From Macrostomum lignano (taxonomy: Eukaryota), in NCBI GenBank assembly GCA_002269645.1, contig NIVC01002178.1:124001-188000 (forward strand): DNA of 64,000 nucleotides, in the 5' to 3' direction. The number at the start of each line of letters is the position of its first letter. The stretch's first letter is position 1. The translations under genes were made by a program, and so were the position numbers. Shown here piece after piece: positions 12,603 through 29,810 of this stretch. The notes below the pieces were generated by a model. It made no database searches, was not told the DNA's origin, and worked only from the letters and a program-made list of their open reading frames with translations.

Positions 12603-13124
12603 GGTGACTCCCCTGAAAGGGAATAGTGTTAGATCAACTCTCTTCAACCTTGCAACCATTGTACATAGCAGTGCGGAAATATGAATAGGTGAAATGTTTT
12701 GATGCAAAAAGACGCGAAAATAAAAGAGTCGAACCTGCCGCTCCAGACTCTCTGTTCGTCTGGGACTCTCTGGCACAAAAAAGCAAAAAAGCCGCAAAAA
12801 AGCAGAAGAGGAAGCCTGGAGGAGCAGCAGCTTAGTGAGGAGCACCTGTAATTATCTCCCGTTCTGAAAGATAAATAGAGCAGAATTGGCCTGCCGGCAG
12901 CTTCCCCGCCTCATGGCAACCAGGTTGAAGGTAATGGGGGCCGCGGCCCGGACTCAAATTATCCCGGGGGTTGCAGATGTGGGATAAACTGAGACTATCG
13001 AACGGGAGCGGATCAAGCCAGCAGCAACCAACAAGAAGCTGATGTTTCTTTTTGTTCATTTTTCGGTTCCTAACAGCAGCCTTTGGTGCTTTCTAGACTT
13101 GGATAGCCATTGATAGATGAGCTC

Positions 13125-13835
13125 TCTCCATCTCCCCTCAGTGTCTGTTCACTCTCCCGCTCTCTCCTCTCAGTGTCTGTTCACTCTCCCACTCTCTCCC
13201 CTCAGTGTCTGTTCACTCTCCCGCTCTCTCCATCTCCCCTCAGTGTCTGTTCACTCTCCCGCTCTCTTCCCTCAGTGTCTGTTCACTCTCCCGCTCTCTT
13301 CTCTCAGTGTCTGTTCACTCTCCCACTCTCTTCCCTCAGTGTCTGTTCACTCCCCCGCTCTCTCCTCTCAGTGTCTGTTCACTCTCCCGCTCTCTTCCCT
13401 CAGTGTCTGTTCACTCTCCCGCTCTCTCCTCTCAGTGTCTGTTCACTCTCCCACTCTCTCCGTTCAGTGTCTGTTCACTCTCCCGCTCTCTTCTCTCAGT
13501 GTCTGTTCACTCTCCCGCTCTCTCCTCTCAGTGTCTGTTCACTCTCCCGCTCTCTTCTCTCAGTGTCTGTTCACTCTCCCGCTCTCTCCTCTCAGTGTCT
13601 GTTCACTCTCCCGCTCTCTTCTCTCAGTGTCTGTTCACTCTCCCACTCTCTTCCCTCAGTGTCTGTTCACTCTCCCGCTCTCTTCTCTCAGTGTCTGTTC
13701 ACTCTCCCGCTCTCTTCTCTCAGTGTCTGTTCACTCTCCCACTCTCTTCCCTCAGTGTCTGTTCACTCTCCCGCTCTCTTCCCTCAGTGTCTGTTCACTC
13801 TCCCGCTCTCTCCACTCAGTGTCTGTTCACTCTCT
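13125..13835. repeat. 32-bp minisatellite (CTCAGTGTCTGTTCACTCTCCCGCTCTCTTCT)n
   Basis: About 22 units. Confidence 0.95.
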
Positions 13836-14619
13836 GTACTTTTTCAGGTCTTACCTGTACCTGCCTAATTTTGAGGTTCCCAGTTAAGTTATCTACTAAA
13901 CATATCGGGAGGCAGTAGGCAGCAATAAAATTTAAATTGGCAGCTCTCCAACGCCAAGCTGAATTGGCTGCCGTGAGCTCTCAGCGAGTAGGCGCCACTC
14001 CGCTATCATTTCAAATTTCTATTTATTCAATTCTCCAGAGGGACACGGGGGGGTTGGGTGGATGGGGGCCGCAGCAGCGGCGGCGGCGCTCTCAGACCGG
14101 CAGGTTTTGAATTAATAAAACTCACGCGTGCAGGAGGAGCCGGCCTTGAGGAAAGCACCTCCGATCCGGCGCCCAACCCCACAACCCCGATGAACCCCCC
14201 CCCCCCCCAGCAGCCGTTCTACTGATTTCCCAAAGGGCCACTTTTTAAGCATATGGCAGCCCGGCAATCGGTGAGTGTGAGCACTGCTCAAAACTGGGGA
14301 TTTTAGATGTGTGTGTGGGGGGGAAGCTGGGGACCGTACTGGCTTCATCAAGCCGGGGATTTGACAGCTCTTTGAGTGACCGATTGGCGGGCGGGTTGGG
14401 ATGCTGGCTGACGTTGCGCCTCATCATTTGAACTCTGCAGGCTGATAAAACAAACATACTTTAAAACTGCCTTAATGTTTATACTGTGCAAATTGTTTTA
14501 AATCTTTGAGTTTAGTTTATAGCCATTCACAGTTCACTGTCGCTCACAACATTCTTAGTCATTCACAGTCATCCACAGTTCACATTCATTCTGAGATCAC
14601 AGCCATTCACAACTCACAA

Positions 14620-15600
14620 TCATCCAAAGACCACAGTCATCCACAGCTCACAGTCATTCACAGATCACAGTCATTCACAGATCACAGTCATTCACAGGTC
14701 ACAGTCATTAACAGATCACAGTCATTCACAGACCACAGTCATTCACAGATCACAGCCATTCACAGATCACAGTCATTCACAGGTCACAGTCATTAACAGA
14801 TCACAGTCATTCACAGACCACAGTCATTCACAGATCACAGCCATTCACAGATCACAGTCATTCACAGGTCACAGTCATTAACAGATCACAGTCATTCACA
14901 GACCACAGTCATTCACAGATCACAGCCATTCACAGATCACAGTCATTCACAGGTCACTGTCATTCACAGATCACAGTCATTCACAGATCACTGTCATTCA
15001 CAGACCACAGTCATTCACAGACCACAGTCATTCACAGACCACAGTCATTCACAGAACACAATCATTCACAGATCATAGTAATTCACATACCACAATCATT
15101 AACAGATCACAATAATTAACAGATCACAGTCATTCACAGATCACAGTCATTCACAGATCACTGTCATTCACAGATCACTGTCATTCACAGATCACAGTCA
15201 TTCACAGATCACAGTCATTCACATATCACTGTCATTCACAGATCACAGTCATTAACAGATCACAGTCATTCACAGATCACAGTCATTAACAGATCACAGT
15301 CATTCACAGATCACAGTCATTCACAGATCACAGTCATTCACAGATCACTGTCATTCACAGATCACAGTCATTAACAGATCACAGTCATTCACAGATCACA
15401 GTCATTAACAGATCACAGTCATTCACAGATCACAGTCATTCACAGATCACAGTCATTCACAGATCACTGTCATTCACAGATCACTGTCATTCACAGATCA
15501 CAGTCATTCACAGATCACAGTCATTCACAGATCACAGTCATTCACAGATCACAGTCATTAACAGATCACAGTCATTCACAGATCACAGTCATTCACAGTC
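14620..15600. repeat. 17-bp minisatellite (CACAGTCATTCACAGAT)n
   Basis: More than 50 units. Confidence 0.95.
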
Positions 15601-16344
15601 AATATCCTATTCATCCACTGCTCTCACAATTCTGTCACCTTTGTCTTTCACAAATACTGAAGTCTGTATAGAAATAACAGAAGCAGCAGAGAAGCGATGG
15701 CAGTTGCTTCAGCAGAGAGGCTGGGATATCCTGAAGTGGGCACTCCTGCTGGTGTTGAGATGAACCCGGTCCCACATTTCACTTGCCTGCTACTTTTTTG
15801 CAAAAAGGGATCTTTTTTTTTAAACCGTTAAAATCCATAGCTACGTCGTTGTGGGAGCGCGTCCGGCAGGCCTGTTGAAGAACACAGCAGCGGCGCGCGC
15901 ATGCCCCCAGGGCCATTGTCGAAACGAATATATTGATAGAACAAAAAATTCTATAAATCTGTCTGAATTTTCATTTGAAATTGTTTGCCACTGACTGGCA
16001 CATGCGGGCTGGCAGCCCTCCCATCTCTCTTCTCGTCTCTTATTCTCCCTACTTAAACAGAGAGATTTCTCACTTGATTTGAGCATGGGCGGGGTTGAAT
16101 TGTTCGTCCCAGACTCGTCTGAGTGCTGATGAAGCTTCCTAGGCATTTTCCTCTGCAACAGACAGCAGGCAGTTCGGTGCTTTTGATTTAACTGCTGGTT
16201 CTAAATAAAGCCAAAAATTGATTAACTTAATTGTTGGGTATCCATTTGATTCCTCTGTCTGTCTGGCTAGATGGGATTTTTAATCAGGTTAGTGGCTACC
16301 TGTGAATGACGACAACAAAATTTGTGAATGACGATTGTGTGAAT

Positions 16345-17275
16345 CACGAGAATCCAAATGAGAAACGTGAGAATCTCAATGAGAGTCGTGAGAATCTCAA
16401 TGAGAATAATCTTGAGGATCTCAATGAGAATCGTGAGAATCTCAATGAGAATCGTGAGAATCTCAATGAGAATCGTGACAATCTCAATGAGAATCGTGAG
16501 AATTTCAATGAGAATCGTGAGAATCTCAATGAGAATCGTGAGAATCTCAATGAGAATCGTGAGAATCTCAATGAGAATCGTGAGAATCTCAATGAGAATC
16601 GTGAGAATCTCAATGAGAATCGTGAGAATCTCAATGAGAATCGTGAGAATCTCAATGAGAATCGTGAGAATCTCAATGAGAGTCGTGAGAATCTCAATGA
16701 GAATCGTGAGAATCTCAATGAGAATCGTGAGAATCTCAATGAGAATCGTGAGAATCTCAATGAGAGTCGTGAGAATCTCAATGAGAATCGTGAGAATCTC
16801 AATGAGAGTCGTGAGAATCTCAATGAGAGTCGTGAGAATCTCAATGAGAATCGTGAGAATTTCAACGAGAATCGTGACAATCTCAATGAGAATCGTGAGA
16901 ATTTCAACGAGAATCGTGACAATCTCAATGAGAATCGTGAGAATCTCAATGAGAATCGTGAGAATCTCAATGAGAATCGTGACAATCTCAATGAGAATCG
17001 TGAGAATTTCAACGAGAATCGTGAGAATCTCAATGAGAATCGTGAGAATCTCAATGAGAATCGTGAGAATCTCAATGAGAGTCGTGAGAATCTCAATGAG
17101 AATCGTGAGAATTTCAACGAGAATCGTGAGAATCTCAATGAGAATCGTGAGAATCTCAATGAGAATCGTGAGAATCTCAATGAGAATCGTGAGAATCTCA
17201 ATGAGAGTCGTGAGAATCTCAATGAGAATCGTGAGAATTTCAACGAGAATCGTGACAATCTCAATGAGAATTGTG
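16345..17275. repeat. 21-bp minisatellite (AATGAGAATCGTGAGAATCTC)n
   Basis: About 44 units; open in several frames on both strands. Confidence 0.95.
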
Positions 17276-17907
17276 AGATTCTGCTTGCTGAGATCAAGTT
17301 TCGAGAATTTTCCGCTCATGCGCGGCCGCACTCTCGCTTGAGTTGTCGTAAAATTCAGCCAAATCACCGACTTAACCGGTGCCGCATCCGCCATCTACCC
17401 AGGCATCGCAGACAATAACGGATCCCCCCACACACAGCTGCTCCAGCCGTCTCTTGCTTCATCTTTCTTCTTCTTGTGCTCACCCGCCGGTCTCATCTCT
17501 TTCAGCGCCACTGGCAGTGGAGCAGAAACCCAGCGGATTCCAGCGGAGGATTTGAGTTCCCCATTTCGCTGATGAAAGGGATGAGAAAGCTGAGAGAAAA
17601 GAGAGAGAGGGCAAGGCAGAGCGGGGGTCGTTTTGTAGATTAAAGTGTCAACAGTCTGTGTGGGTGGGCACTCAGCTTTGAGACTGTCTGCCACCTCCTC
17701 TCGCAGCTTTCTAATCGCATAACGGCTCGGTGATTTCTGGGGAGCCGGCGGGGGGGGCAAGTTTGAGTTTGAGCTCAGGGATTGAATGGGATGAGGAAGG
17801 AAGGGCATTGTCAGGCCAGATGTTCCTGAGCGAAGTGTCAAAATCCCTCAGACAGTGAAGCTCGGAATTTCCGCCTGAGCAGCCAGATTGCCGGAACAGA
17901 ACTGCTG

Positions 17908-18672
17908 AGTCTGATTCTGATTCTGATTCTGGTTCTGATTCTGGTTCTGATTCTGATTCTGGTTCTGATTCTGGTTCTGATTCTGGTTCTGATTCTGATT
18001 CTGATTCTGATTCTGGTTCTGATTCTGGTTCTGATTCTGGTTCTGATTCTGGTTCTGATTCTGGTTCTTATTCTGATTCTGATTCTGATTCTGATTCTGG
18101 TTCTGATTCTGGTTCTGACTCTGGTTCTGATTCTGGTTCTGATTCTGGTTCTGATTCTGATTCTGATTCTGGTTCTGATTCTGGTTCTGATTCTGATTCT
18201 GGTTCTGATTCTGGTTCTGATTCTGGTTCTGATTCTGGTTCTGATTCTGGTTCTGATTCTGGTTCTTATTCTGATTCTGATTCTGATTCTGATTCTGGTT
18301 CTGATTCTGGTTCTGACTCTGGTTCTGATTCTGGTTCTGATTCTGGTTCTGATTCTGATTCTGATTCTGGTTCTGATTCTGGTTCTGATTCTGGTTCTGA
18401 TTCTGGTTCTTATTCTGATTCTGATTCTGATTCTGATTCTGGTTCTGATTCTGGTTCTGATTCTGGTTCTGATTCTGGTTCTTATTCTGATTCTGATTCT
18501 GATTCTGATTCTGATTCTGATTCTGGTTCTGACTCTGGTTCTGATTCTGATTCTGGTTCTGATTCTGATTCTGATTCTGATTCTGATTCTGATTCTAGTT
18601 CTGATTCTGGTTCTGGTTCTGGTTCTGGTTCTGATTCTGGTTCTGATTCTGGTTCTGATTCTGGTTCTGATC
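17908..18672. repeat. Hexamer microsatellite (TTCTGA/TTCTGG)n
   Basis: Mixed hexamer array; explains the RI/RT ORF. Confidence 0.95.
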
Positions 18673-19437
18673 CTTATCATTGCTCCATGAAAGCAGTGAC
18701 CATTAGTGCCCTTACTGTACCGAGCCGGCCCCATCAAATTAGTCTGACAAAGAGCCTCAGGCTCCGAAACCCAATCAGTCAAAGTGCGTCACGCTTTCGC
18801 AGCTTTCATATTTCAATGCGTTTTTTGTATTGAAGAAAAATGGAAAAAAACTTTGCTAATTTTCTCATATTCAGCCTCCGGAGCTAAGAGACTCAGATGA
18901 GGCGGCTCAGAATCCACTCGCTCTCTCTATCTATCTAGGCTTGGGTAAGGGGAAGAAATCCCAGAGCAGATGAGTGGGCGAATCGCATAAATTAGCTCTC
19001 CAAACTTCCCACTTGCTCTCGTTTTTCTTCTTCTTCAAGCAGTCGACAGAGGCAGAAAAAGAACGAATTGAATTCTTCATCACTTGCTCAGGCGGCTTCT
19101 TAAGCCCGGGGTTGGCAAACAGCGTTCCCGACAGACATCGGGAGACAGGGGGGCGGACTGGGGTGGTTAGGGCGGCCCTCCACCCCCCCCCCAATCGCCT
19201 CAACTTTTTTGATAAATGAGTCCAGCCGCGAGCCCTGGCATTCATTGATTAAGGAATTCGGCGGCAGTGGGGTGGGCGGCTTGGGCTGCGAGGGCGCCAC
19301 TGTTTGCGCTGCCGCTCTCCTGCCGCAGCCTAAATTGGTTAGGGACGGCACTGGGGCTGCTGGAGCCTTGTAGCCGGGATCTGCTAGTCCAGAAACCACT
19401 GCAGCACTGGTTGATCCGATCCTGTGAGTTTAGACAG

Positions 19438-19927
<490 letters not shown>

Positions 19928-20984
19928 TGCATGGCCACAAGTTACTCATGTGGAAGATTTCCAATTTGCTCTCAATCAGCCACTTCAGAGTGTCTGAGTG
20001 CTGCAGAAACACTTGTAACAAGTGGGCACCGGTTGACCCATCAAGGCTTGAGTTGTCATCTTGAGTTCAGGCTGACACGCCTGGCAGCGCTCACAACAGT
20101 CTCTTGACAGCACCGCAAGCTCTTCTTCCCTTTCTGAAGCCATGCATTAACCAGCGAAGGTCTCCCTCGCCTTTTTCATCCCTGTTTAGGAGGCGATTAA
20201 AAATTCTCGAACACGGGTTAGGGGAGGGCGGTGCGAACTCAATCCTGCAACACCTTGTCGATGTCGGATTGTCGCGCCGACCTCCGGCAGCTTAAGTCCC
20301 TTGCAAGGAGGATTAGGGAGGGCTCGCAGTCGCTGCTCCCCCTCGCGAATCTTCGAAGTGTGCAACAGGAAGCCGGACTTCAAAGCTCGAGCTTTCCTAG
20401 AATCGCCTTCGGTCAACCCCCCCCCCCGCAGAGAGACTAATCCGACAGGTCCCCTCTCCCAGACTCCCGCTGGTTGATGATGAGGCATTCAGAAGACTCG
20501 GCTGCTTACAAAGCCCCAGCGCGAGTTTTAACAGCCGTGCAGTTTCTTTGTGCGGCCGGGAGCCGGAAGCAACCCGCTCGATCCGATGATGAGAAGGTGG
20601 GGGGGGGCGCTTTTTGATGCAGCTTCTTGAGTTGGGCAACCGGGTTTGTTTTTGCGCGCAATTTCTATGCAACTCGATGGTGAGAGTTCTATGCTTCGAG
20701 TGTCGCATTTCAAACTCAAAAACACAATTCGGAATTCGGACTCGTGTCAATCAGGAGGAAGGTGTCGGTTGTCGCATGGCCCAGGTTGCTTATCACTGCT
20801 TGAGCATGGCAATTGCTGAGACGAACTGTGTGGGATTTGAGATTTGTGGGGGTGGAGGAACTGAGCGTGATTGAGTTTTACTGGCAGCTGGGAGCATGCA
20901 GGGTTCAGTCAGATTGACTGTGGAGAGATTGAGATACCCCAGCTACCATCGGGGGAGATTTCGTACCACAGGGAGAGATTTCAC

Positions 20985-21675
20985 TACGAATGGGTGAGAT
21001 TTAGCTAACACAAGGTGAGATTTAACTACCACAGGGTGAGATTTAGCTACGTAAGGGTGAGATTTAGCTAACACAAGGTGAGATTTAACTACCACAGGGT
21101 GAGATTTAGCTACCACAAGGTGAGATTTAGCTACCACAAGGTGAGATTTAGCTACCACAAGGTGAGATTTAGCTACCACATAGTGAGATTTAGCTACCAA
21201 AAAGTGAGATTTAGCTACCACAAGGTGAGATTTAGCTACCACAAGGTGAGATTTAGCTACCACAAGGTGAGATTTAGCTACCACAGGGTGAGATTTAGCT
21301 ACCAAAAAGTGAGATTTAGCTACCACAAGGTGAGATTTAGCTACCACAAGGTGAGATTTAGCTAACACAAGGTGAGATTTAGCTACCACAAGGTGAGATT
21401 TAGCTACCACAAGGTGATATTTAGCTACCACAAGGTGAGATTTAGCTACCACAAGGTGAGATTTAGCTACCACAGGGTGATATTTAGCTATGAAAGGGAG
21501 AAACCTAACTACTAAAGGGTGAGATTTAGATTTGAATGGATGAGTTTTCGATTTGAATGGGTGAGATTTAGATTTGAATGGGTGAGATTTAGATTTGAAT
21601 GGGTGAGATTTAGATTTGAATGGGTGAGATTTAGATTTGAATGGATGAGATTTAGATTTGAATGGGTGAGATTTA
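20985..21675. repeat. Two adjacent 21-bp minisatellites sharing GTGAGATTTAG (…CTACCACAAG and …ATTTGAATGG)
   Basis: Tandem units visible; the unit type switches near 21500. Confidence 0.93.
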
Positions 21676-22334
21676 TTAACTATTATTTTTAATCTCTCCC
21701 AGATGAGTAAAGGAGCAGAGTCTTCCCCAGAAGGATATTGTGCATGCTATATGAAGGCTGGCAAATTGGAAGATTTGCACCAAAATCGATCCTCTCTGGA
21801 TGCTCAAGTTATGTCTAAGACTCAGAACTGAATTGAAGCAACAGACGAAGTGAGGCCATAAACCTCTCCATATACGTAATGGGGAGCTGTGGAGTTCACT
21901 CGTGATGGGATGGGCCTCCCGCAGGCTTGCAGAGGGGATGAGGATCAGGGCGAGGGCACTTAAGCTGTCAGAAAGGGGATTTCACCTCATGGCGGTCCAT
22001 GATCGGCTTCGGAATTCTCTTGGTTTTATTCCCCCAACAATTTGGCTCGGTGGCAACTTTTTATGGCATCCGGGAGTTTTTTTCTCTGTTTGAAGTTATG
22101 ACGACTGTGCAAATCAACTGGGATATCAATTCGATTCATAAGCATAAATTGTCCGCCCACCTATTGACAGTTGGAGAGGCGAAAAAATGTGCGCCACTTT
22201 GTCGCTTTGCCATGCAATTAGCGCAGCCAGTTCCATTTGTCTGCTTTTCCAGGCTATGATCAGTGCTAATAAATGCTTTAATTTATTGCCAAGGGGCTTT
22301 TTTTACAAGTTTATGGGCGTAACATAATTTGTGT

Positions 22335-23000
22335 CTGTGTGTGATGTCTGTAATGTGTCTTTATGGTTTCTTGGTGGTGTCTGTATGGTGTCTACTGTGT
22401 CTTTAACGTGTCTGTAACGTGTCTGTAACGTGTCTGTAATGTGTCAGTAATGTGTCTGCAACGTGTCTGTATGGTTTCTGTTATATGTCAGTAATGTGTC
22501 TGTAACGTGTCTGTAACGTGTCTGAATGGTTTCTGTTATATGTCAGTAATGTTTCTGTAATGTGTCTGTAACGTGTCTGCAACGTGTCTGTAATGTGTCT
22601 GCAACGTGTCTGTAATGTGTCTGTAATGTGTCTGTAACGCGTCTGTAACGCGTCTGTAACGTGTCTGTATGGTTTCTGTTATATGTCAGTAATGTGTCTG
22701 TAACGTGTCTGTAACGTGTCTGTAATGTGTCTGTAATGTGTCTGTAATGTGTCTGTAACGTGTCTGTAACGTGTCTGTAATGTGTCTGTAATGTGTCTGT
22801 AATGTGTCTGTAATGTGTCTGTAATGTGTCTGTAATGTGTCTGTAACGCGTCTGTAACGTGTCTGTATGGTTTCTGTTATATGTCAGTAATGTGTCTGTA
22901 ACGTGTCTGTAACGTGTCTGTAATGTGTCTGTAATGTGTCTGTAATGTGTCTGTAATGTGTCTGTAATGTGTCTGTAATGTGTCTGTAACGCGTCTTTAC
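22335..23000. repeat. 11-bp minisatellite (GTGTCTGTAAT/C)n with internal block duplication
   Basis: Tandem units; the block containing atggtttctgttatatgtca recurs four times. Confidence 0.92.
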
Positions 23001-23679
23001 GGTGTCCGCACGTTGCCCGGAAGCCCTGTTTCACTGCATCATTGCTGCTGAGGCAGATTTAATCCAATTGAATCCTCAATAATGCACAAGTTGGGCCCGA
23101 GCCCGCATTCGAGTCAGTTGTCAAGCCCGGTCTGGAAAATCCAACTCGAAAGGTTAAGCCGATTCGCCCTATGGGAGACCCATGGATGACCGGCTTTCTT
23201 GGAGACCTGTCGGGAAATTGAATTTCGCACCGAGGATTTTCCACCATCTTCCCATTCGCGAGGGGGGAGCAGCCGCGAGGCGGTCAGATCTGTCACTAAT
23301 TTGACAGGGGACATGGCCGAGGAGAAAATGGGATAATTCACCTCTTGTCTCCCTGAGTCCCTGGGGGTGCCGCTCCCGCTGCTCTTGGGTCAAATTTCAG
23401 AGGGCCAAACTGCACTGAGGGAATATTGAGGTTGAGGGATTTGAGTTCCTGAAACTGAAAATTAGAGAAGACACAAAATAGTGGGGAAATATCGGGTTTA
23501 AGATTTCTGGGACTGAAGCTCTGTTATTGCTAGCGTCCCCGACACTCTACTAGTAGTAGCGAGTAATGCGCATCGCGCCGATTCTGACAGCTTCTTTTTT
23601 ACCTTTTCTTTATACTGAGAATTATACTAAACTGAGAACATTATACGATATTAGACTAAACTCAATTAAATTGCAGTGG

Positions 23680-24415
23680 ACTAGACTAGACTAGACTAGA
23701 TTAGATTAGATTAGATTAGACTAAACTAGATTAGATTATATTATATTAGATTAGATTAGATTAGATTAGATTAGATTAGATTAGATTAGATTAGATTAGA
23801 TTGGATTAAACTAGATTAGATTAGATTAGATTGGATAAAACTAGATTAGATTAGATTAGATTAGATAAAACTAGATTAGATTAGATTGGATAAAACTAGA
23901 ATAGATTAGATAGATCAGATTAGAATATCTTGGATTAGATCAGATTAGATTAGATTGGATTAGATTAGATTCGATTAGATCAGATCAGATTAGATTGTAT
24001 TAGATTAGCTTAGCTTAGTCTGGATTAAATTAGATTAGATTAGATTGGGTTACGTTAGATTAGATCAGACTAGATTGGATTAGATTAGATTGGATTACCT
24101 TATATTAGATTAGATTGGATTACCTTATATTAGATTAGATAAGATTAGATTAGATTGGATTAGATTATCTTGGATTAGATCAGGTTAGATTAGATTGGAT
24201 TGGATTAGATTAGATTAGATCAGATCAGATTAGTATAGATTGGATTAGATTAGATTGGATTAGATTGGATTAAATTAGATTAGATTAGATTAGATTAGAT
24301 TAGATCAGATCAGATTAGATTGGATTAAATTAGATTAGATTAGATTAGATCAGATCAGATTAGATTGGATTAGATTGGATTAGATTAGATTAGATTAGAT
24401 TATATAAATATTAGA
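23680..24415. repeat. (ATTAG)n pentamer microsatellite with variants
   Basis: Visible directly. Confidence 0.95.
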
Positions 24416-25117
24416 TCCCATCTCCCTGAGCCGAAAGTCTGACAGGCTGTCTAACCCCCCTCCCCAGTTTTATCCCAAATTGATTTTTCAGTCGCGGGTT
24501 CACTGTGATGCAAGGACCAACAAGCAGGTAAAGCCTCCCATTGTTAACCTGATCCCTCTGTGCCAACTTTAGCCTCAAACTCAAGATTCCTCTCTCTCTC
24601 TTCCTTCAGCATCCCGCGCTGCATCCTGAGCAGCATTCCCCATCAACTCTCAATAGGGGATTTGTTTAGCTGCAAGCTGCAATCCCCTTAGAAAAATCTT
24701 ACTTCTGTCTGCCGTCTAGGCCCCAGAATCAGTTTTTGCTCAGGTGAGCTTGAAGGTGTCGGATTGCACTGGGGCACCCAAAAACACGGAGGACCGGAGG
24801 GGTTCTGGGGTGGCTGCCCCCCCCCCCCGGTGCAGCGCTGTATTTGCTTTGATTTACTTCTACCAAGGGCTGGCTTGATGGCCCCTGTTTGAACTAATTA
24901 ATTTAAATGACGCCAACTGAAGTTGTGGCTGCTGCCTGAGCAATTTGTCCAGCTGTCGGGGGGGGGGGGTGGTGAATCAGACAGCCCTTGTAAATCAGCG
25001 ACAACTTTAAAAACTTGTTTCTGTTTTGCATTGAAGAACATGAAATATTTGTGACTGAAGCTTTTGTTTAACTAGCGACAGCTTGGACCTGACAGCTTTG
25101 CATTCCTGCTGGCCTAG

Positions 25118-27286
<2,169 letters not shown>

Positions 27287-27809
27287 ATCATTCGACTATC
27301 AGTCTATCTGTTTCTGCCTGCTTTCCTGCCAGGCCGTCTCTTCCATCCCCACCACTTTCACGCTCCCCAATCCTCATTCAGACTCAGCCATCGGCAGTCC
27401 CGCCGCGCCATCGCAGGAAGCTGTTTGCGCAGCCCGCACCTGCTCGGCAACCCGACACTGCAGCGCCATCCAACGCAGGCAGCAAAACTCTGTTGAATGA
27501 GAAATTTGAGCACCGTCTGGTTTGAGTTGGTGGTGAGGGGAGGGGGGCGATGCTGTGGTTGCGCCAGATTTGCCAAACTCTGGTGTTGTTGCTGAGTTGA
27601 CAAACGGCTGACGGAAGCAATCGGGCGAGCGGTCTCTAAACTGCCGCTATGCCAGCCAGCAGAGCTTTTGTTAAAAGCAAACGAAGGAAATGTTGAGTTA
27701 AGCAGCTGAAGCTGACTGTGTTGGAGACGAATTTTTAGTTGGGAAAAATCTGATGGTTGGTGGTAGGAAGAGAATTGAAATGAGGGTGAGAAAAGTGGGA
27801 ATTGAGAAG

Positions 27810-28075
27810 TAGAGGAAGCAGAGAGGGGGAAGCAGAGAGGGGGAACAGAGAGGGAGAAGCGGAGAGGGGAAGCAGAGAGGGGGAAGCGGGGAAGGGGAAG
27901 CAGAGAGGGGGAAGCGGGGAAGGGGAAGCAGAGAGGGGGAAGCGGAGATGGGAAGCAGAGAGGGGGAAGCGGAGAGGGGGAAACACAGAGGGGGAAGCGG
28001 AGAGGGGAAGCAGAGAGGGGGAAGCGGGGAGGGGGATAGCGGGGAAGGGGAAGCAGACAGAGGGGAGCGGAGGGG
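27810..28075. repeat. G/A-rich degenerate minisatellite (GGAAGCAGAGAGGG)n
   Basis: Tandem degenerate units. Confidence 0.85.
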
Positions 28076-29499
28076 GTGATGAGGACTCAGATGCTGACAG
28101 ACAAAAAAAACTTCGAGAAAAATCAATCTAACGGAAGAAGAAATACTTCCAAAATCAATCTGCGCCCCAAAGGAACCACGAGAAGAACTATACCGGTACA
28201 GGTGAAAAAGTCAGTTTAGTCAGGCCCAAGACATTCCGGGCCAGCTTTTGCTGTCTCCAGTAGGAGATTTTCCACTGATACAGGGAGCAAGGCAGCGGCA
28301 GAGATGAAGCGAAGGAGATGAAGAGACGGGAAGATTCGGGCGGACCGATATGACAAAATGTATCGGCGTAGCGGATAGATGGAGCAACGCGGAGAGGCTG
28401 AGGCTATTGGGTTTCAGTGAACCCCCGGTGCGTTTTTTGCGTTTGAGCCCCTCTAAAAAAAGCGGCCCAACTCACGGCGCATGTTGGCTGAAGACTCATA
28501 ATGTAATCTTTTGTCGGTGGGAGAGGGGGGTAGCGATCTCAGGAATCGAGCGGTGGACCCTCCGGGGAGGGACTCCGCCTATGAAATCTAAAATAAAGCG
28601 AACCCAAAACCCCATTGTGACATTTTCATTCGAGATGTAAAGAATTCAACCCTGCCCCCCCCTGAGAAGTGGCGGATCATTAAAGCAGATTTGTTGTGTT
28701 TCTTCCCGCGCTCTCTTTCAGCACTGGGGCTTCACCCGTTGCCGCAGGCAGACACAGTCGGCGGCGATAATTAATTTGCTGGAGCAGCCGGAGCTGCAAG
28801 AAAAATAACACACAAGAGAAGCAAACTGAAGCACTCGAATATAAATGGCAGGTTTTGAGTTCTCTGGCTTGGAGCAACAATGGAGAGATGAAGTTGGGAG
28901 TTTGGCCGAACGCTTTGGTGGAGGCGGAGGCGGCAGCCACTCAAGTCCGGCTCCCGCCAGCTCAAATGTCAGAGGAGGGTGGGGAGGCGTCTCGATCTCC
29001 GGTCATGCATTCATAATTAGCCGTTAATGACATCTCATTCATACAGTTGATGAAGCGATTGGGGAGGCTGCAAGGATTTCTTCGCGTGTCTCTTCGTATC
29101 TTATCAATTTGGTGGATTGTTTTTCAGTAATTCTCCCCAACATCTTTTATCCCCGACGCCGCTAAAATTCCGCTCCGTTAATCCCATCGATAATTCCTTG
29201 CCCGCCTCCGCCGGCCCCCCCCCCGCTGTCCGCCAGGACTCGCTAATTCAATGAAGCGCCTCCCCCACCTGAGTTTGGCGCCCCACACGGAATCGAAGCT
29301 CAGGCAACTTTTTTGCTATTCTTCTTTCTGCCTGCTTTTCTAAAGCAATTGTTTGGGAAATCTCTGCTTCACAGACAGATCTGTCTTCTTTTTGTCTGCA
29401 TCCTGCGCCTTTCGATTCGGGTTCTTCAATGCCTGCGTCTGCCTATCTGTGTCTCTAGATTGTTTTAATATTATTTTTAGTGTATCTCACATTTATTCT

Positions 29500-29810
29500 C
29501 TCCATTATCTCACCCTTAATCTCACGATTCTCTCACCCTTACTTTCACAATTTACCACCCTTAATTTCACAATTATCTCACCCTTATTATCAAGATTATC
29601 TCACCCTTATTCTCTCGATTATCTCATCCTCATTATCAAGATTATCTCACCCTTATTCTCTCGATTATCTCACCCTCATTATCAAGATTATCTCACCCTT
29701 ATTCTCTCGATTATCTCACCCTCATTATCAATATTATCTCACCCTTTTTCTCACTATTATCCCACCCTTATTCTCACGATTATTTCATCCTTAATCTCAC
29801 GACTCTCTCG
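29500..29810. repeat. 23-bp minisatellite with alternating A/B units (ATTATCTCACCCTTATTCTCTCG / ATTATCTCACCCTCATTATCAAG)
   Basis: Dimeric 46-bp periodicity in the core. Confidence 0.85.

Noticed and set aside
16306-17418. 370-aa ORF of NENRENL heptads (possible coiled coil)
   Set aside because: It is a 21-bp tandem repeat open in several frames on both strands, with no unique coding-like flanks; treated as satellite unless transcripts or peptides show otherwise.
22994-23004. 11-nt minus-strand match (CCGTAAAGACG) to the recalled start of a flatworm spliced-leader sequence
   Set aside because: It arises at the degenerate edge of an 11-bp satellite, and the rest of the leader and an Sm site are absent.
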